From positions 1,674,001 to 1,738,000 of the forward strand of contig OZ287074.1 of assembly GCA_965645245.1 (NCBI GenBank): a DNA stretch of 64,000 bases, written 5' to 3'. This stretch comes from Massalongia carnosa (lineage: Eukaryota). How positions within the stretch are numbered: the first letter of the stretch is position 1; every line of letters starts with the position of its first letter. Shown in pieces: positions 33,870 to 45,939 of the stretch. The notes beneath the pieces are model-generated. The model was not told the origin of the DNA. It saw only the letters and a list, made by a program, of their open reading frames with translations, and ran no database searches. A program made the translations under genes and the position numbers.

Positions 33870-36037
33870 GATTAGACCAGTCTTTTTGCAGCCTAGCTAC
33901 TCCGCCTGTGCCTGTATCCCGTGCCAGCTGATTCTGATTATCCCCCCGTGCCAGCTAATTCTGATTATCCCCCCGTGCCAGCTAATTCTGATTGTCCCCC
34001 TGTGCCAGCTAATTCTGATTGTCCCCCCATGCCAGCTGATTTCGGTTGTTTCTTTCTTCCACCTTGTCCCGTCTCTTTTCCTACACCTCGGGGTCGACCT
34101 CGTGGCCTTCCTCGTTTTCCGGGTGCTGGATCGGCTCTTTGTATAACACGTTCCACCTCTGGATCGACTATCTCGTTTATCCCAGCTGTCTCCATCTCGA
34201 CACGTTCGAATTGAGAAGGTACTCGATTGGTAGAGGCCTCAAATGCGATGGTCCTTCTGTTGAGATTCTCAGCTCCTTGAGGACGTCCTCGAGTTCTTGC
34301 CATCTCCGGTTCTTGCACCAATAGTAAGTCATTCCTCGTATTGGCAGGCATGGTTCTCTGAAACCTACAATAGTTAGTAATATCAGGGAAACTCTGAATG
34401 TATCCAATAACCTACCTCCAATGTGGATGAACGTCTTCAATCAACAGACTTCCTTCCTCATACAACCTTTCCTGGATTTTATGACTACATGGAAGTCCAG
34501 TTGTGATGGTGTAAGCATGGGTGCAAGGCCCCAATACTATGGGTCGTCCGACCACAAGATTGTACTGAAGAAGCATCTTTCGTAGGGCATGAGGGGTGAC
34601 GAATCCGGTTAATCGCTGAAACACTGGTTTTCGAAGATCCATGGGAAGTCGGTCTCTGGCTTCGTTGAATGTAATAAGATAGTTGTGAAGTTCATTGATC
34701 AATAGTAAGTTAATGCAATCCACCACCGTCTTCAGATCTCCGGTCGATGATCCCAGCTGACGTTTCAAAACTGCATGACCGCCTTTACCTCGAGATGTCG
34801 TCGTGGTATCAAAATGCAACATCTTGTCAGTGTAGCATTTGACGAAATGATGCCGAAAAGACAAATAAGTTGAGGTGATATACTCCACGCAATTTCCAGG
34901 AATCGTACCACAAAACCGCCCCCATAGTTGCTAGAATTCCGGTTCGGTAGTGGCGTATACGATGGATTTCCAATCAGCAAAGAAGGCATCCCATGCTTCT
35001 TTGGTATCAAAGCTTTTCTTACAACTGGCTACGATGTTGTTGTTGATGTGCCAAATACAAAGAAGATGATTAGTGTTCGGAAATGTCTGATCAATAGCGG
35101 ACATCAAAGCACGTTCCATATCAGTGACGATAACGACTGGATTAGGAAGTTCGAGTTGCAAATACAATGCCTTCAGATGAGACAATACCCACGTGTAATC
35201 GGCGGTGGTTTCTGATGCCATGAAACAGAAAGCCACATAGAAATTTGTATGCAGACTGGTCTGACCACTTACAATAAGAAGAGGCATGCGATATCGATTT
35301 GTCTTGTAGGTGCAGTCCATTACCAACACCTCATAGTTTGTCTTCAGAAGAGTTTGTGAGCTTTCTCTGACGAAGAAGAGATGAGTGATGCGATTCAGCT
35401 CATCTTTCTGCATGTGGTATGTCCAATGCCCTCGATCCAACTCTTGAATCAATGCCTGCACGGGGGTAAGCGGTCCCAGAATGTCGCGACGCATCTGAGC
35501 TTTGTGATTATAGATATCTCGAGGTTTGAAAAGAGGATTAATAATCTGAGGATCGGCCGGATCGTCCGTGTTGACTGATCCCAAAGTGGGATCAGGAATG
35601 CGAAGACTAGATAAAACTTTGGAAGGTGCTACTTGCACTGTTAATTGACGAGATATCTCACTTTTCACTTCTGCTGTCATCGCCATTCTTCTATGAACCG
35701 GATGGGCGCCAGCGAGACTGGACGAATGATTATGTTCCTCATTTACCACCTCCAGAATCCAGGCACCTCCATCTTCTTCTATTCGCTTAGCAGTCAGAAG
35801 AAACGGACATTCTATGCATCTACTGCTGGTATGACGTCTTTTCTGTCCCTGAGGACCTCGGGGCTTTCCTCCTCGATCACAAATCAACCAGGCCTTTCTT
35901 CTTATTCCGAGTTTCGATTTCTTGGTCCGGCTTAACACAATGGCATATCCTTGTGGGGCGGCATGCTCATTAACACGAATAACAAGGTCATCCAGTGATT
36001 CGAAGGATTGTCCATCTTCTGGAGGACGAAGACTCAT
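33870..36037 (-). pseudogene. MULE transposase (FAR1 + MULE DDE), one stop/frameshift near 34930, intron 34365-34415
   Basis: CDRGG..CPF..HNH, MDCTYKTN, VTDMERAL, LCIWHI, TGLPCSH; AT-hook-like GRPRGRPRG; 3' end approximate. Confidence 0.9.
33919..34045 (-). repeat. 27-bp tandem repeat x~4.5 (GGQSELAGT)
   Basis: cgtgccagctaattctgattatccccc variants. Confidence 0.85.
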
Positions 36038-36357
36038 GATGACGACGTGGCGTCAGTAATGCGGGGTATCAATGCAGGGAAAACGCAGAATGAAGATGCA
36101 GGATCAAAATTCCCTAGTTAGGAAAGATGGTCACCCGATAAGGGAAAGTGGCCGAAGAAACTTTTCAAACTTAAGCTACTTTAGGGTGGGGTGTGTGGGT
36201 AACCACCGGGGGTGTGTGGGTAACCGAGGGGGGGTGTGGGTAACCGAGGGGGGTGTGTGGGTAACTGAGGGGTGTGTGTGGGTAACCAAAGGGGTGTGCT
36301 TCTATCCGTACCCTTATATTATTATCACATCATAAATCATTGCTATCTATATCTACA

Positions 36358-38927
36358 ATGGATTTTGTATCCTTACAAACACGTATTAGTGATGCTAAAA
36401 CATTCTTGTTAGAAAATCCTGACGAACGAACTGCATGCGCAGCTCAGATATTCAAAATTCAGCCTATAACGTTGTACAGCTCTATTGCGACTGATAAGAA
36501 ATCTTCTTTTTCTGATATGAAATCTTCTTCTAACAAGAAATCTTCTTCCAGTGCAAAAAGTGCAAGAGGTAGACAAAACAAAATACTTGAGGAGCCATCA
36601 AGTAAAAGCGATTCATCACTTTATTTGATCGTTACTTGCACAGGGTATTCAACCATCGCACAGAGTTGTATTCAATGCAATTGTCAGTTTAAAACGCGGG
36701 CAAAATCCTGAGTCGAGTGGACCTACTCTACGCTGGTTCAGAACATGGTGGAAAAAGAATAACCTATACAAGATCAAGACTAAGCCATTAGCAATGATAC
36801 GATTCACCGCTGCACAAGAGAAGGATATACAAGCATGGTTTATAGATTATAGATAAGCTTTAAAGACGTTACAGATCAAAACAAAGAAGAATCTTGTCAA
36901 TTTCGATGAGGCAGGCTTTCGTATTGGGTGTATGAAAGGGCATCAAATTCTGGCACCCACAGACGTATTAGAAGTTAGATTCTATATTATTATTCATTTA
37001 TTCAGCAAGTTAAATATATATTTTAGTTCTATGCGATAAGTCCTGAAAATCGTAAATCTCTCACGATATTTAAATGCATCAATGCAGCGGGCGACTATCC
37101 TCCACTACCTTTAATTCTTATACAAGGACATGAAATCATGATGGACTGGTTTTCAAAAGAGCTGCCAAAGGGAACTCGAATTATACCTTCAGAAAACGGA
37201 TTTACCTCTGACAAGATAGCACAGGTATTTCTTCAGCATTATATTGATCATTCAGACTCTAGACCAGAAGCAGACTGGAAAATAATGCTTATGGATAATG
37301 ATGGCAGTCATTGTACTCCTGAGTTCATAGCTCTTGCTAACATAAATCACATTCGTCCTTATCTGAAACGGGGAGACCTTCTCCCAGCAGGCATTCACTA
37401 CTGGAAGATAGGATCCACAGGGGCTACACAACGTAATGGTCACAATTGAGGTACAAATAGGTTGGGTCGGGTCAAAGGGTAGACTAAATGCTACCCTTTT
37501 AAAGTGCTTGATCATTGATCTATATAGGATAGGACAATCCATAACCTAAGCTCTTCTTCCATACCTTGCCCATACTACCTGGTATTTTCGGACTCCGAAA
37601 TACTTCGGACACCGAAAGACACGGGTAGATAAGACTAGGCAGGTGAGCTAGGGGAGGTGAGGCGAGGCGAGGGGATACTTCGTGTACTACGAAAACACCT
37701 CCATAATAAGTTAAGTCCCCACACTATGCCTAACTGGGTTAGGCGGGACCTTATTGTCTTGGTGGTTGTTTTGGCTGTACGTATCCCACATAGCCACATA
37801 GGCCAGTCTTACGTTCAACGAACGCATACTAGGCCTACCCTATTACATTATCCACTTATACCGCATCTTACATACTGTATGCAGCCGCTTGATGTTGGAG
37901 TATTTCAACCTTATAAACACTGGCATGATATGGCAATTCAAGATGCTCTACTGGAATTTAATGTTGAGTATACATTACAGCGATTTCTTGCGGATCTTAC
38001 TATGATACGTGATAATACATTCAAGAAATGTACTATTCGAAGTGCTTCTGAGAAATCAGGAATGTGGCCTGTTAATGCTAAAAACTGCATCTCACTGCTT
38101 AAAACTTTCAAGCCGCCTGCTGCTCAAGAAAAGCTACACAATAAAGAAAAAGAGCCTACTCTTCCACTCTTGCCTCATATTTAGCCAACATCCTCAATGG
38201 ATATTGAAATAGGACTTCAAACATGGCAGAAGAAAATTCAACAAGGAATGTTGTGGAGTGATCTGGCTCGCTCAGAGCAATTTGAGTTGTTTATTAATAA
38301 TACAAAACCGTTTGTACACAAGCTACGTTTAATGATATTCAATTATCTATATATCAGAAAAGAAGAGAAGATGACTTAAAACAGAAATCTACCTCTCGTA
38401 AGCGTTTACGAACCTTAGGTTCAGAATTAGGGCTTACTAAAGAGAATGCTGAGGAGATGATTATAGCAAAGGAAAAACAAGCTAAAGAAACAGAAGCAAA
38501 GAAGCAGCATCAGACATGGATGAAGATTTGGCGTATGGAAAGAGACGCCAAATATGCCGAAGGAGTGATTGCTCGAAAGCAAGAAAGAAATCGTTTACAA
38601 CAAATTAAAGAGCTTTCAAAACAAGATCTTACTATTTCCTCCAAGCATCTTATTCCTATTCGCGATCCCGAAGCAATTTGGAAGGCAACAGATGATACTT
38701 GGCAAGAAGAAGAGAGAAAGAAAGCGAAAAGGACTAAATCTCAAGTATATAATGAAGATGAAGATGAAGATGAGGCGGAGACAATATTCATCACAGATAT
38801 TACAGGTGATTCTTCCTTGCAAAGAGATTTTCTGCCGTTTGATGAAGACGATACTAATAGATGCAACGAGTCTGACAATGATTTACAAGAACAATTAGGA
38901 TATTACTATGTTTCAGCTCTTTATTAA
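36358..38927 (+). pseudogene. P4 transposase, disrupted; intron 36974-37026
   Basis: NFDEAGFRIG, LMDNDGSH, PHLTYCMQPLDVGVFQPYKHWH. Confidence 0.88.
37364..37847. mobile_element. Solo LTR (484 bp) in P4 transposase
   Basis: tg...attaca, TSD TTATC; rejoins HIRPYPLIPHLT. Confidence 0.87.
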
Positions 38928-39896
38928 AGCGGCAATAGTAATTTAACGATATGATAATAAATAATAATATGATAGTAAATGTAATAGTAATTTAAATGAT
39001 GCGGTGGTGCTTTAGTGATATGGTGGTGGTTTAACGTTGCGAGCCTACGCAGCTTCGCTTTCCTACGAAGTTTGCTTTCCCCGACTAGAAGCGAATGCTT
39101 CTTGGAGGGAGAGGATTAAGCGAGCGACTAGCTGACGATTAGTTGTCTTCTTTTCTCTACATCTTCTAAACTCAATAAGCGAGCCCCTTAACCATTGTAT
39201 TGAGTGCCCGTACGTTAAACTCGTTGTTTTTTTCGTGTATTGGCTGCTAAAAGCTCCGTATAAGTACGATTCAAGATAATACGATCAGCCATAGCAAGTT
39301 TAGCTGCTTTAAGGGTTTTTTGTAGAAGAGTAAGCTTAGGGGAATCGAGAGTCTGATAGCGAAATAGTAATATAAGCTCCTCAACCTCTGATACTTGTTC
39401 TATGTTTCCTGGTGTTGGTAGTATTTAAGCTGAAAGATAAGGCGTTTGAATAGGAGTACTAGCGTCAGGTAGAGTGTCATCGTTCGCATGAGGCTTAGCT
39501 GATATTTTGTAAAAGACAGCGGAAAGATTGTATGGAATAAGTCCAGTAGCTCGCTTTGCTGATTTTATATTTCGAGCAGTAATACCCTGTTGCCAAGCTT
39601 TTTGTTTTAAAGAAACAAAATCAGCCTTGTCGATATTGAAGGTTGTAAAGCGTGTTTTCTCAGGTAGACACGTTTTATAGTTTTGTTTTAAAGGGCCAAA
39701 TACCCCAATATCAAGAGACTATAATAAGTGTTTTGAGTGTGCTGGTAGATATAGACAAACAATTTTATGTTCCCGGGTAAATCGGATAAACTCAGTCGGC
39801 ATATGAGATGCATGCCCGTCAACAATTTACATTCGATATTTACCACGGAGGTAAGCTCTTGTTGTTGGCTTAAAACAGTCACGCATCCACTCCATA

Positions 39897-40353
39897 CGTC
39901 ATGGAATTACCTCGCACCCTTCCACGTTTCCTGATTGGGTAAGTATTTAACAGGCTCTCTTGCCGTGAAACCTGCCCTGCATGTTGAATAGAACCGTAGC
40001 CCGTTATTCCAAACGATCTTGAAACCTCATCCCATGTGTTTAGACGTTCTTCCGCTGCCTTCAGTGCACTCCTAAACTCCTATATCCCGAATCCAACCTC
40101 AACGTCTCCACTATCCAAGCCTGGGACTGGGATTGCCCAGCAGAGAGAGATTGCTTCGGCATGTTTGGAAATTAGAATAGGAACAGAAATGAGGGCAAGT
40201 CAAGAATAGGGGAGTTGGAAGCCATAGCTATAAAACCTATGTCGTTTCTCAGGTGTTTAGAGCTCTTCGTCGGACGTCTTGTATACTATCCCTAGACCTA
40301 GCTTTCTAATAGTAACTCTTGCATATCTCCCTATCTGGACCTTGTCCGTGACA
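39897..40353 (+). mobile_element. Solo LTR J1
   Basis: (c)gtcatgg...ccgtgaca; flanks CCATA/TTATA (TSD with two C>T). Confidence 0.82.
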
Positions 40354-40440
40354 TTATACAGAGCTTGTTATCAGTCTAGCCGTTTTCACGTAGTGAAATA
40401 CGAGCACCCGGTTCCTTATTACTAGGATACCAATCATCTT

Positions 40441-40928
40441 TGTCACGGACAAGGTCCAGATAGGGAGATATTCAAGAGTTACTATTAGAAAGCTAGGTCT
40501 ACGGATAGTATACAAGACGTCCGACGAAGAGCTCCAAACACCTGAGAAACTACATACGTTTTATAGCCATGGCTTCCAACTCCCCTATTCTTGACTTGCC
40601 CTCATCTCTGTTCCTGTTCTAATTTCCTAACCATGATCGCTTTGACCTGTTCCGCCTTTCTCTATGCCGAAGCAATCTCTCTCTGCTGGGCAATCCCAGT
40701 CGTAGGCTTAGATAGTGGAGACGTTGAGATTTGATTCGGGATATAGGAGTTTGGGAGTGCACTGAAGGCAGCGGAAGAACGTCTGAACACATGGGGTGAG
40801 GTTTCAGGATAGTTCGGAATAACGGGCCACGGTTCTATTCAACATGCAGGGCAGGTTTCACGGCAAGAGAGCCTGTTAAATACTAACCCGATCAGGAAAC
40901 GTGGAGGGTACGAGGTAATTCCATGACA
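40441..40928 (-). mobile_element. Solo LTR J2, inverted homolog of J1
   Basis: tgtcacgg...ccatgaca, TSD ATCTT. Confidence 0.9.
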
Positions 40929-41659
40929 ATCTTTCCATCTCTTACCCTTTAAAATAACAAATAACGGTAATCGACGACCAGTGCATCAATAAGGGACGCC
41001 TATTCCCGATTACCAGCTTGATTTATAAATGCCTGTTTCCGGTATTTTTAAAATACCACCTTTGAACTCCCCACAATACCTATCATATAACAGTTTTCGT
41101 CTATGTTGTATATATCCTCGTCTAATATACCATGTTGGGCCTTAATGGACAGATACAGATCGAACAACTGCTGTATTATATCCCGATTTTGAGCTAAAAA
41201 CCGTTCTTGATCAAGCGTACGGCTATATTTCGACTGTAGTATAGGATAACAGTTGAGGAATTTTTCTGTCCAGTTTTTGTCCAGTTCTTTAAAATCCTGT
41301 TTGGCTCGTAATAATTCCTCTGCCATTTCGCGTAACTGCGCTATTCTAGGCGGAAATCCCCAAGACTGAAGTTGTAGCACCTAACTCTGAAGAGATCCTT
41401 CCTCCTCGGGCGTTAACCTCTGCTTTAAAGTAACGTACGATACCTGGTCCTGGCGACCGTTTATCCTGTGATACAGTGTTGTTTTCGGTACCGCATGGAG
41501 CCAAGCAGCTTGCGTAATAGATAACGACCTTTCTGCCTCCTTATAGACCTTAACAGCCTGTTTTAAACGATCTCTAATCTCGTCTTTCAAGGTGGTACGC
41601 AATCCTGATTTCGTAACTCGGAACTGCCGGGAAGAAGCCATTTCAGCGATGTAATTTAT

Positions 41660-42698
41660 TATAAGAGGGACAGTAGACACTAGTCCTTATGGGTTATAAT
41701 GCTCAGTGTGACTGCCTAGTTCGGCTATGCTGAGAGCTAGTGCGTCGTTAATCGAGACAGCTCCCGCTTTGATTTCGGCACCGCATGGATCTCTCGGACG
41801 GCATAGATGTCTCAGCACCATAAGGATGTCTCAGCACGGCATAGAGATCTTAGCACCGCATCGATCCTTCGGACGACAGTTAGGTTTCGGATTTGTGTAT
41901 GCCTTGCTATGGGCCGCGTTGATGGGGCATACTGGGATGGTAGAGTAGGACAAGGAGAATAGGAAGAAGATATATAAAGAGGAGGTCCCAGACGGTATCC
42001 CTCATCATCTCACATCTCAAGACAATCAAAAAGCATAGCATTTTGATAGCACTGTTTGCAACGTTTTCTTTCCCACCCACCCACTCCAGTTCTTCTGTCG
42101 CTTAGATAGAGGGAGTCTGTTCACAGCCCAAGGCCTGCGAGAGGGTCTTACATTAGTAGACAGCAAGGCCCTTATCGAGTCCCCCTCTCGAGGCCGGGGG
42201 CTGTGAGCAATAGCCCAAACATACTTAGTAGCAATATAACGAGATTGACACGAACTAGTAATAGATTAGTAGGTGCTAAAGCTAAAAGCTGATTCCCTGA
42301 AGATGGGAATCGAGCTTTCTATATACCCCTTGGGGTCCTATTTACTAACTACTTGTCTGGTTACCTGTCTGCCTTGTTGCCTTCAGCTGAGGTCTAGTAG
42401 ATAGCCTTGCTGCCTTCAGCTGAGGTCTAGCAGATAACCTTGTTGCCTTCAGCTTAGGTCTAGCAGATAGCCTTGTTGCCTTCAGCTGAGGTCTCCTAGG
42501 CGTCCCAGGCCTCTCATGAGATCGAGGCTTATCTGAATAGCTTCAGTTGCTGCCTAACAAACTAGTAAGGCTGATTGCTGATGGGTTAGTATTGCTATCC
42601 GCCTTATCATGAGTAAGCATCCGGATTATCAGTCACCCGGTCTTCTTGGGTGAGTCATCCCAGGAGCTAGCGCAGTCCTGTATTGCCGCGCTATTATA
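41660..42698. mobile_element. Composite of two unrelated LTR-like units (41660-42152, 42202-42698)
   Basis: t(a)taag..cttaca and tgtgag..atta(t)a ends, a TATA box in each, outer flanks TTTAT/TTTAT; 33-bp repeat x~3.8 at 42371-42494. Confidence 0.6.
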
Positions 42699-42988
42699 TT
42701 TATAGATAATTAGCTATTATAATGATTATTATACCCTTTGCCTCATTAAATCAATTTTAGGGTTTTGCTTAATAAGTTATAGAAGAGATAATGGTTAAAA
42801 GTAAGTTTCGTGGTTTTGTTAGTTCCGAAAAAGCGGGTGTTCCGAATACAGGTAAATTACGTTATTTAATTTGCAAAAAAACTGGATCAGGTTGAACAGT
42901 TTAATTTAGAAACTCGCATTATAAACCCGAACCCGACTTAAACGCGACGAATTGTGTTAAAATAGATATATGACTATGGCTATATGAC

Positions 42989-43140
42989 TACGCCGCACAA
43001 CGGGTTAGGGGTTCGCTACAAAATTGCTTTTTCGCCCCCGGGTTTTTCTTTCAAAACTCAACCCGGACCATAAAAATTATAGGGTCCGCCACATACGGGC
43101 TGGTTTTTCAGTAGAGAGACCCAACCCGTTGCGCGGCGTA
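42989..43140. mobile_element. 152-bp MITE with 8-bp TSD (hAT-type)
   Basis: TIR tacgccgc(a/g)caacgggtt; TSD TATATGAC (42981-88, 43141-48); empty site visible in the F copy at 9141-9175. Confidence 0.88.
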
Positions 43141-43311
43141 TATATGACTATGTAATAATAAGTGTATATATAACCGTTATGTTAAGGATGAAGAGTACTG
43201 TTCAGCAGTCTTTATCCTATTACTGGTCATCTTCTGTTAAGCGAGGTGATCTTTATCTTATCTTGGGACTAGGCCTAATGCGACTTCTACGGTTTCCTAG
43301 ATAATATGTTC

Positions 43312-44505
43312 TGTAACGGTTCGACTATGCGTGGTATAGATGGCAGGACCTATAGCGAACATAGCATGAGTCCTAGTTATAATAGAATAGAGCTTTGTCT
43401 GCGGACTAAGTTGGAATACGGATGGCGCTAGAAGGATACGTGATCGCCTACGGCGGTTGCGAGATTAACTAGCATGAGCCAGGCCGTAGTACTTAGTCGC
43501 ACAGCCGTCGAGGTTGACACGACGCCACCTTGCCATACAACTCCGAATCCTACGTTCTAGACTGCTTACAGATCAAACACCTGTCGAGGCCGTGGTGGTA
43601 GATTGCCATGGAGTAAGGCGAACTCCTGTGGAGAAGCCGTGAACTCTATATGGGATCTACTGGCCTACTCGGAGCTACTCGATCTCTTGATGGATCAAGA
43701 GTTGTAGCAGGAGGCACGGCTAGCTGGACGCAGCTTGAGCTAGGCTCCCCGGTGTAAACTTCAGCTTCAACCTTTATTACTACGTTGGTAGTGATGTCGG
43801 CTGAATGAACCTACATGACCTCGTTGTCTAGACCTTGTGTCTAGAGGCAGGTCCGCAGTGTAGCGAGGTATTCAGTCGGAGGTAACCTTCCATCACTAGG
43901 TAGTGGTGACGGCGAAATGAAGCTACATAGCCTGAGGCATGTAGTGAGGGATCTAGCCGGGGGTAGGATTGTTCTACCTTGCAAGGGAAGATCTAGAAGG
44001 CTGCTCGAGGCTGACTAGATGATCCAGCGAACGCCAAGTTCGCGGATGGATCCTGAGGGATGGTTGGATGTAATGCGATAAAGTCGGATGTGGATTGCAA
44101 GGCTGTAAGGCTCGCAAGGCTCCCAAGGCTTGCAAGGCTCCTAAGGTTCCAAGGCTCCCAAGGCTATAGGCTTAGGGTGAGTAGGATAAATATCAGAACG
44201 AATCTTGTAGTATTCGTTAGCAATTAGTCTTTATTCTATGAACAACCTACGTTTGGGTCTCGGACCAGATCTCTTAGTCCAAGCACTTCCACATCCATTA
44301 GTTCTTTGGATCACATATACTCTCGGAGACTAGCACGTAGTAGCTATCTTCCTCCTCTCACGCTGAGCATTTCCCCTTTCGAGATCAGTGTCGCTCGTGA
44401 TAAGCTTACTGGTCTCGTAGCCCATTATATAAGTATTGTACCTTTTGGTCGGGAAGGATAGGTGGCGCAATGGTAGAAATCTATTTACTATCTTGCTTCG
44501 TCACA
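43312..44505 (+). mobile_element. Solo LTR G (~171 bp) split by LTR H
   Basis: Diverged reverse complement of the 45940/46340 repeats; TSD TGTT(C/T). Confidence 0.87.
43412..44429. mobile_element. Solo LTR H copy 2 (1018 bp)
   Basis: TSD TAAGT; inverted homolog of 29221-30239. Confidence 0.88.
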
Positions 44506-44767
44506 TGTTTACTATACTGATATAAGTTGGATATTAAACAAATTGAGTAACCCGACGGGTTTAATTCAACCCGGAAGTTTTTTACTAACGCGTTATAAAC
44601 AGGAAATATGAAAACGCAATAGTATTTGTCAATTTTACATTGATTTATCAATTAAGTTTATGATATGTTTTTAAGAATTGATCTTGAATATTGACACGTT
44701 GTTATCCTTATTTGTATCGCGCTAACAAAAAACCTACCGAGTACCACAGTGCCTAGCGTGCAGAGGG

Positions 44768-44787
44768 CTAGGGTTAGGGTTAGGGTT
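44768..44787 (+). repeat. Interstitial (TTAGGG)~3 tract
   Basis: ctagggttagggttagggtt. Confidence 0.6.
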
Positions 44788-45939
44788 GGAGTCACCACAG
44801 TCTAATTTGTGAGTGGTACGATAGGATCCCTGCTAGAGGAGCTGTTGGAAGCAGAGCAGGCCAATATTTATCTAATTACGTTCATCGCCCTCACAGATCC
44901 TATAGTTTATCCGATCTATCGTGAGCCGTGGCTTAGAGCCCTGTTAGATAAGGTTTTGACCTACGAAATCCCTAAGGAAGACTTGGCCGAGCTCTACAGA
45001 TTTGAAGAAGAGAAGCTCCCCCGGAACAAATCGATATATAACTACGGATACCTCCTCGATAATTGCATGAAGACAAACGCCGAGTTGATAACCATCGTGG
45101 TGTAACAGGGGTAGTAATAAGTCACCTAAGCCACTGAGCCAAAAGACTACTATAGTAGTTCTCCTATGGAGACACTACCGCTTATTACACTACATATAGG
45201 TGCCCCGCGCCCGGTACGTCACCGTACCTCCTTAGGCGCTCATGTATTGCGCCCGCTGGCTAGCAGTACTGAGTACCGCTGTAACACGTAGAGGACGATG
45301 TAACTGTAAGGGCAGGGTAGTATGGCAAGGCGATGACCTCGTTAGGAAAAGCCTAGGCGCAAGCAGGAGGTGCGAGTTGGCTATACCTGCGAATTTTTTA
45401 TACAAAGATTTTCTTTGGCTATGTTAGCGAACATTGGCCGCGTTATCTTAGCGCATATCTTGTTTTGTCTGTGGTACTACTTGCCGCCCTTATTAAGTCG
45501 CGTACGCGGTCGTCATTCCTTCGACGAAACCTCTCCCACGTGGGAATTGGTGTAATCGTGCGACACCACCAGTAATCGTTTTCGCTTACTATGCACCCTT
45601 CATTATCTGGTGTGAGGCTAATACTAGACTTCGGATGCTGTTTACAAGGCTTTATCCTTCCTTACGATATCGTATCTGCTTCAGCATATAGGCTTGAAGT
45701 GTTTAAAAGGCCTTGATTACGATGGAAGTGCCGGAGAATTATTCAATTTCGAATTCGAGACATTTCGACCCTGACTTGAAAGCCGGCAGTCTTTAGGCCC
45801 TCATAACATTCGAGAGTGAGATCTAAGTTTAATTAAACCCAGAAACGACCTATCAAGTAGGAGATGCTACTAATTGCCGTTATAGCCTATGGCCGTCATG
45901 CGATATTGCGTTGACGGCTGACCCACTCTTGTGCCAAGG

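Larger units (their letters stand above)
30955..36313 (-). mobile_element. Mutator-like element (MULE) inserted in left TIR of P4
   Basis: gggtacggatagaagcacacccc TIRs (~150-200 bp with internal ~21-bp repeats), 8-bp TSD TTATATTA. Confidence 0.92.
30772..39139 (+). mobile_element. pogo/Fot1-type transposon P4 with ~200-bp TIRs
   Basis: TA TSD (30770-71, 39140-41); long inverted repeats 30772-30954(+36322-) and ~38935-39139; removal restores RRQLAENK of P5. Confidence 0.92.
29156..42862 (-). mobile_element. pogo/Fot1-type transposon P5, heavily interrupted host element
   Basis: TA|acgtaatttacc..ttcggaa..ccgct TIR pair at 29156 and 42862|TA; transposase pieces 41641-40930, 40440-40354, 39896-39142 (IVDGHASH..), 30769-30245 rejoin across TSDs. 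Confidence 0.88.
42955..44540 (+). mobile_element. Solo LTR family F hosting a MITE, LTR G and LTR H
   Basis: tgttaaaatag...attaaaca, TSD AATTG; homologous to 9133-15914. Confidence 0.87.

Noticed and set aside
36186..36300. ~21-bp ggtaacc repeats and ORFs 36072-36335 / 30952-31194
   Set aside because: Internal repeats of the MULE TIRs; the ORFs are incidental
37657..38184. 175-aa ORF as a gene
   Set aside because: Chimera of solo-LTR sequence and the pogo DDE C-terminus
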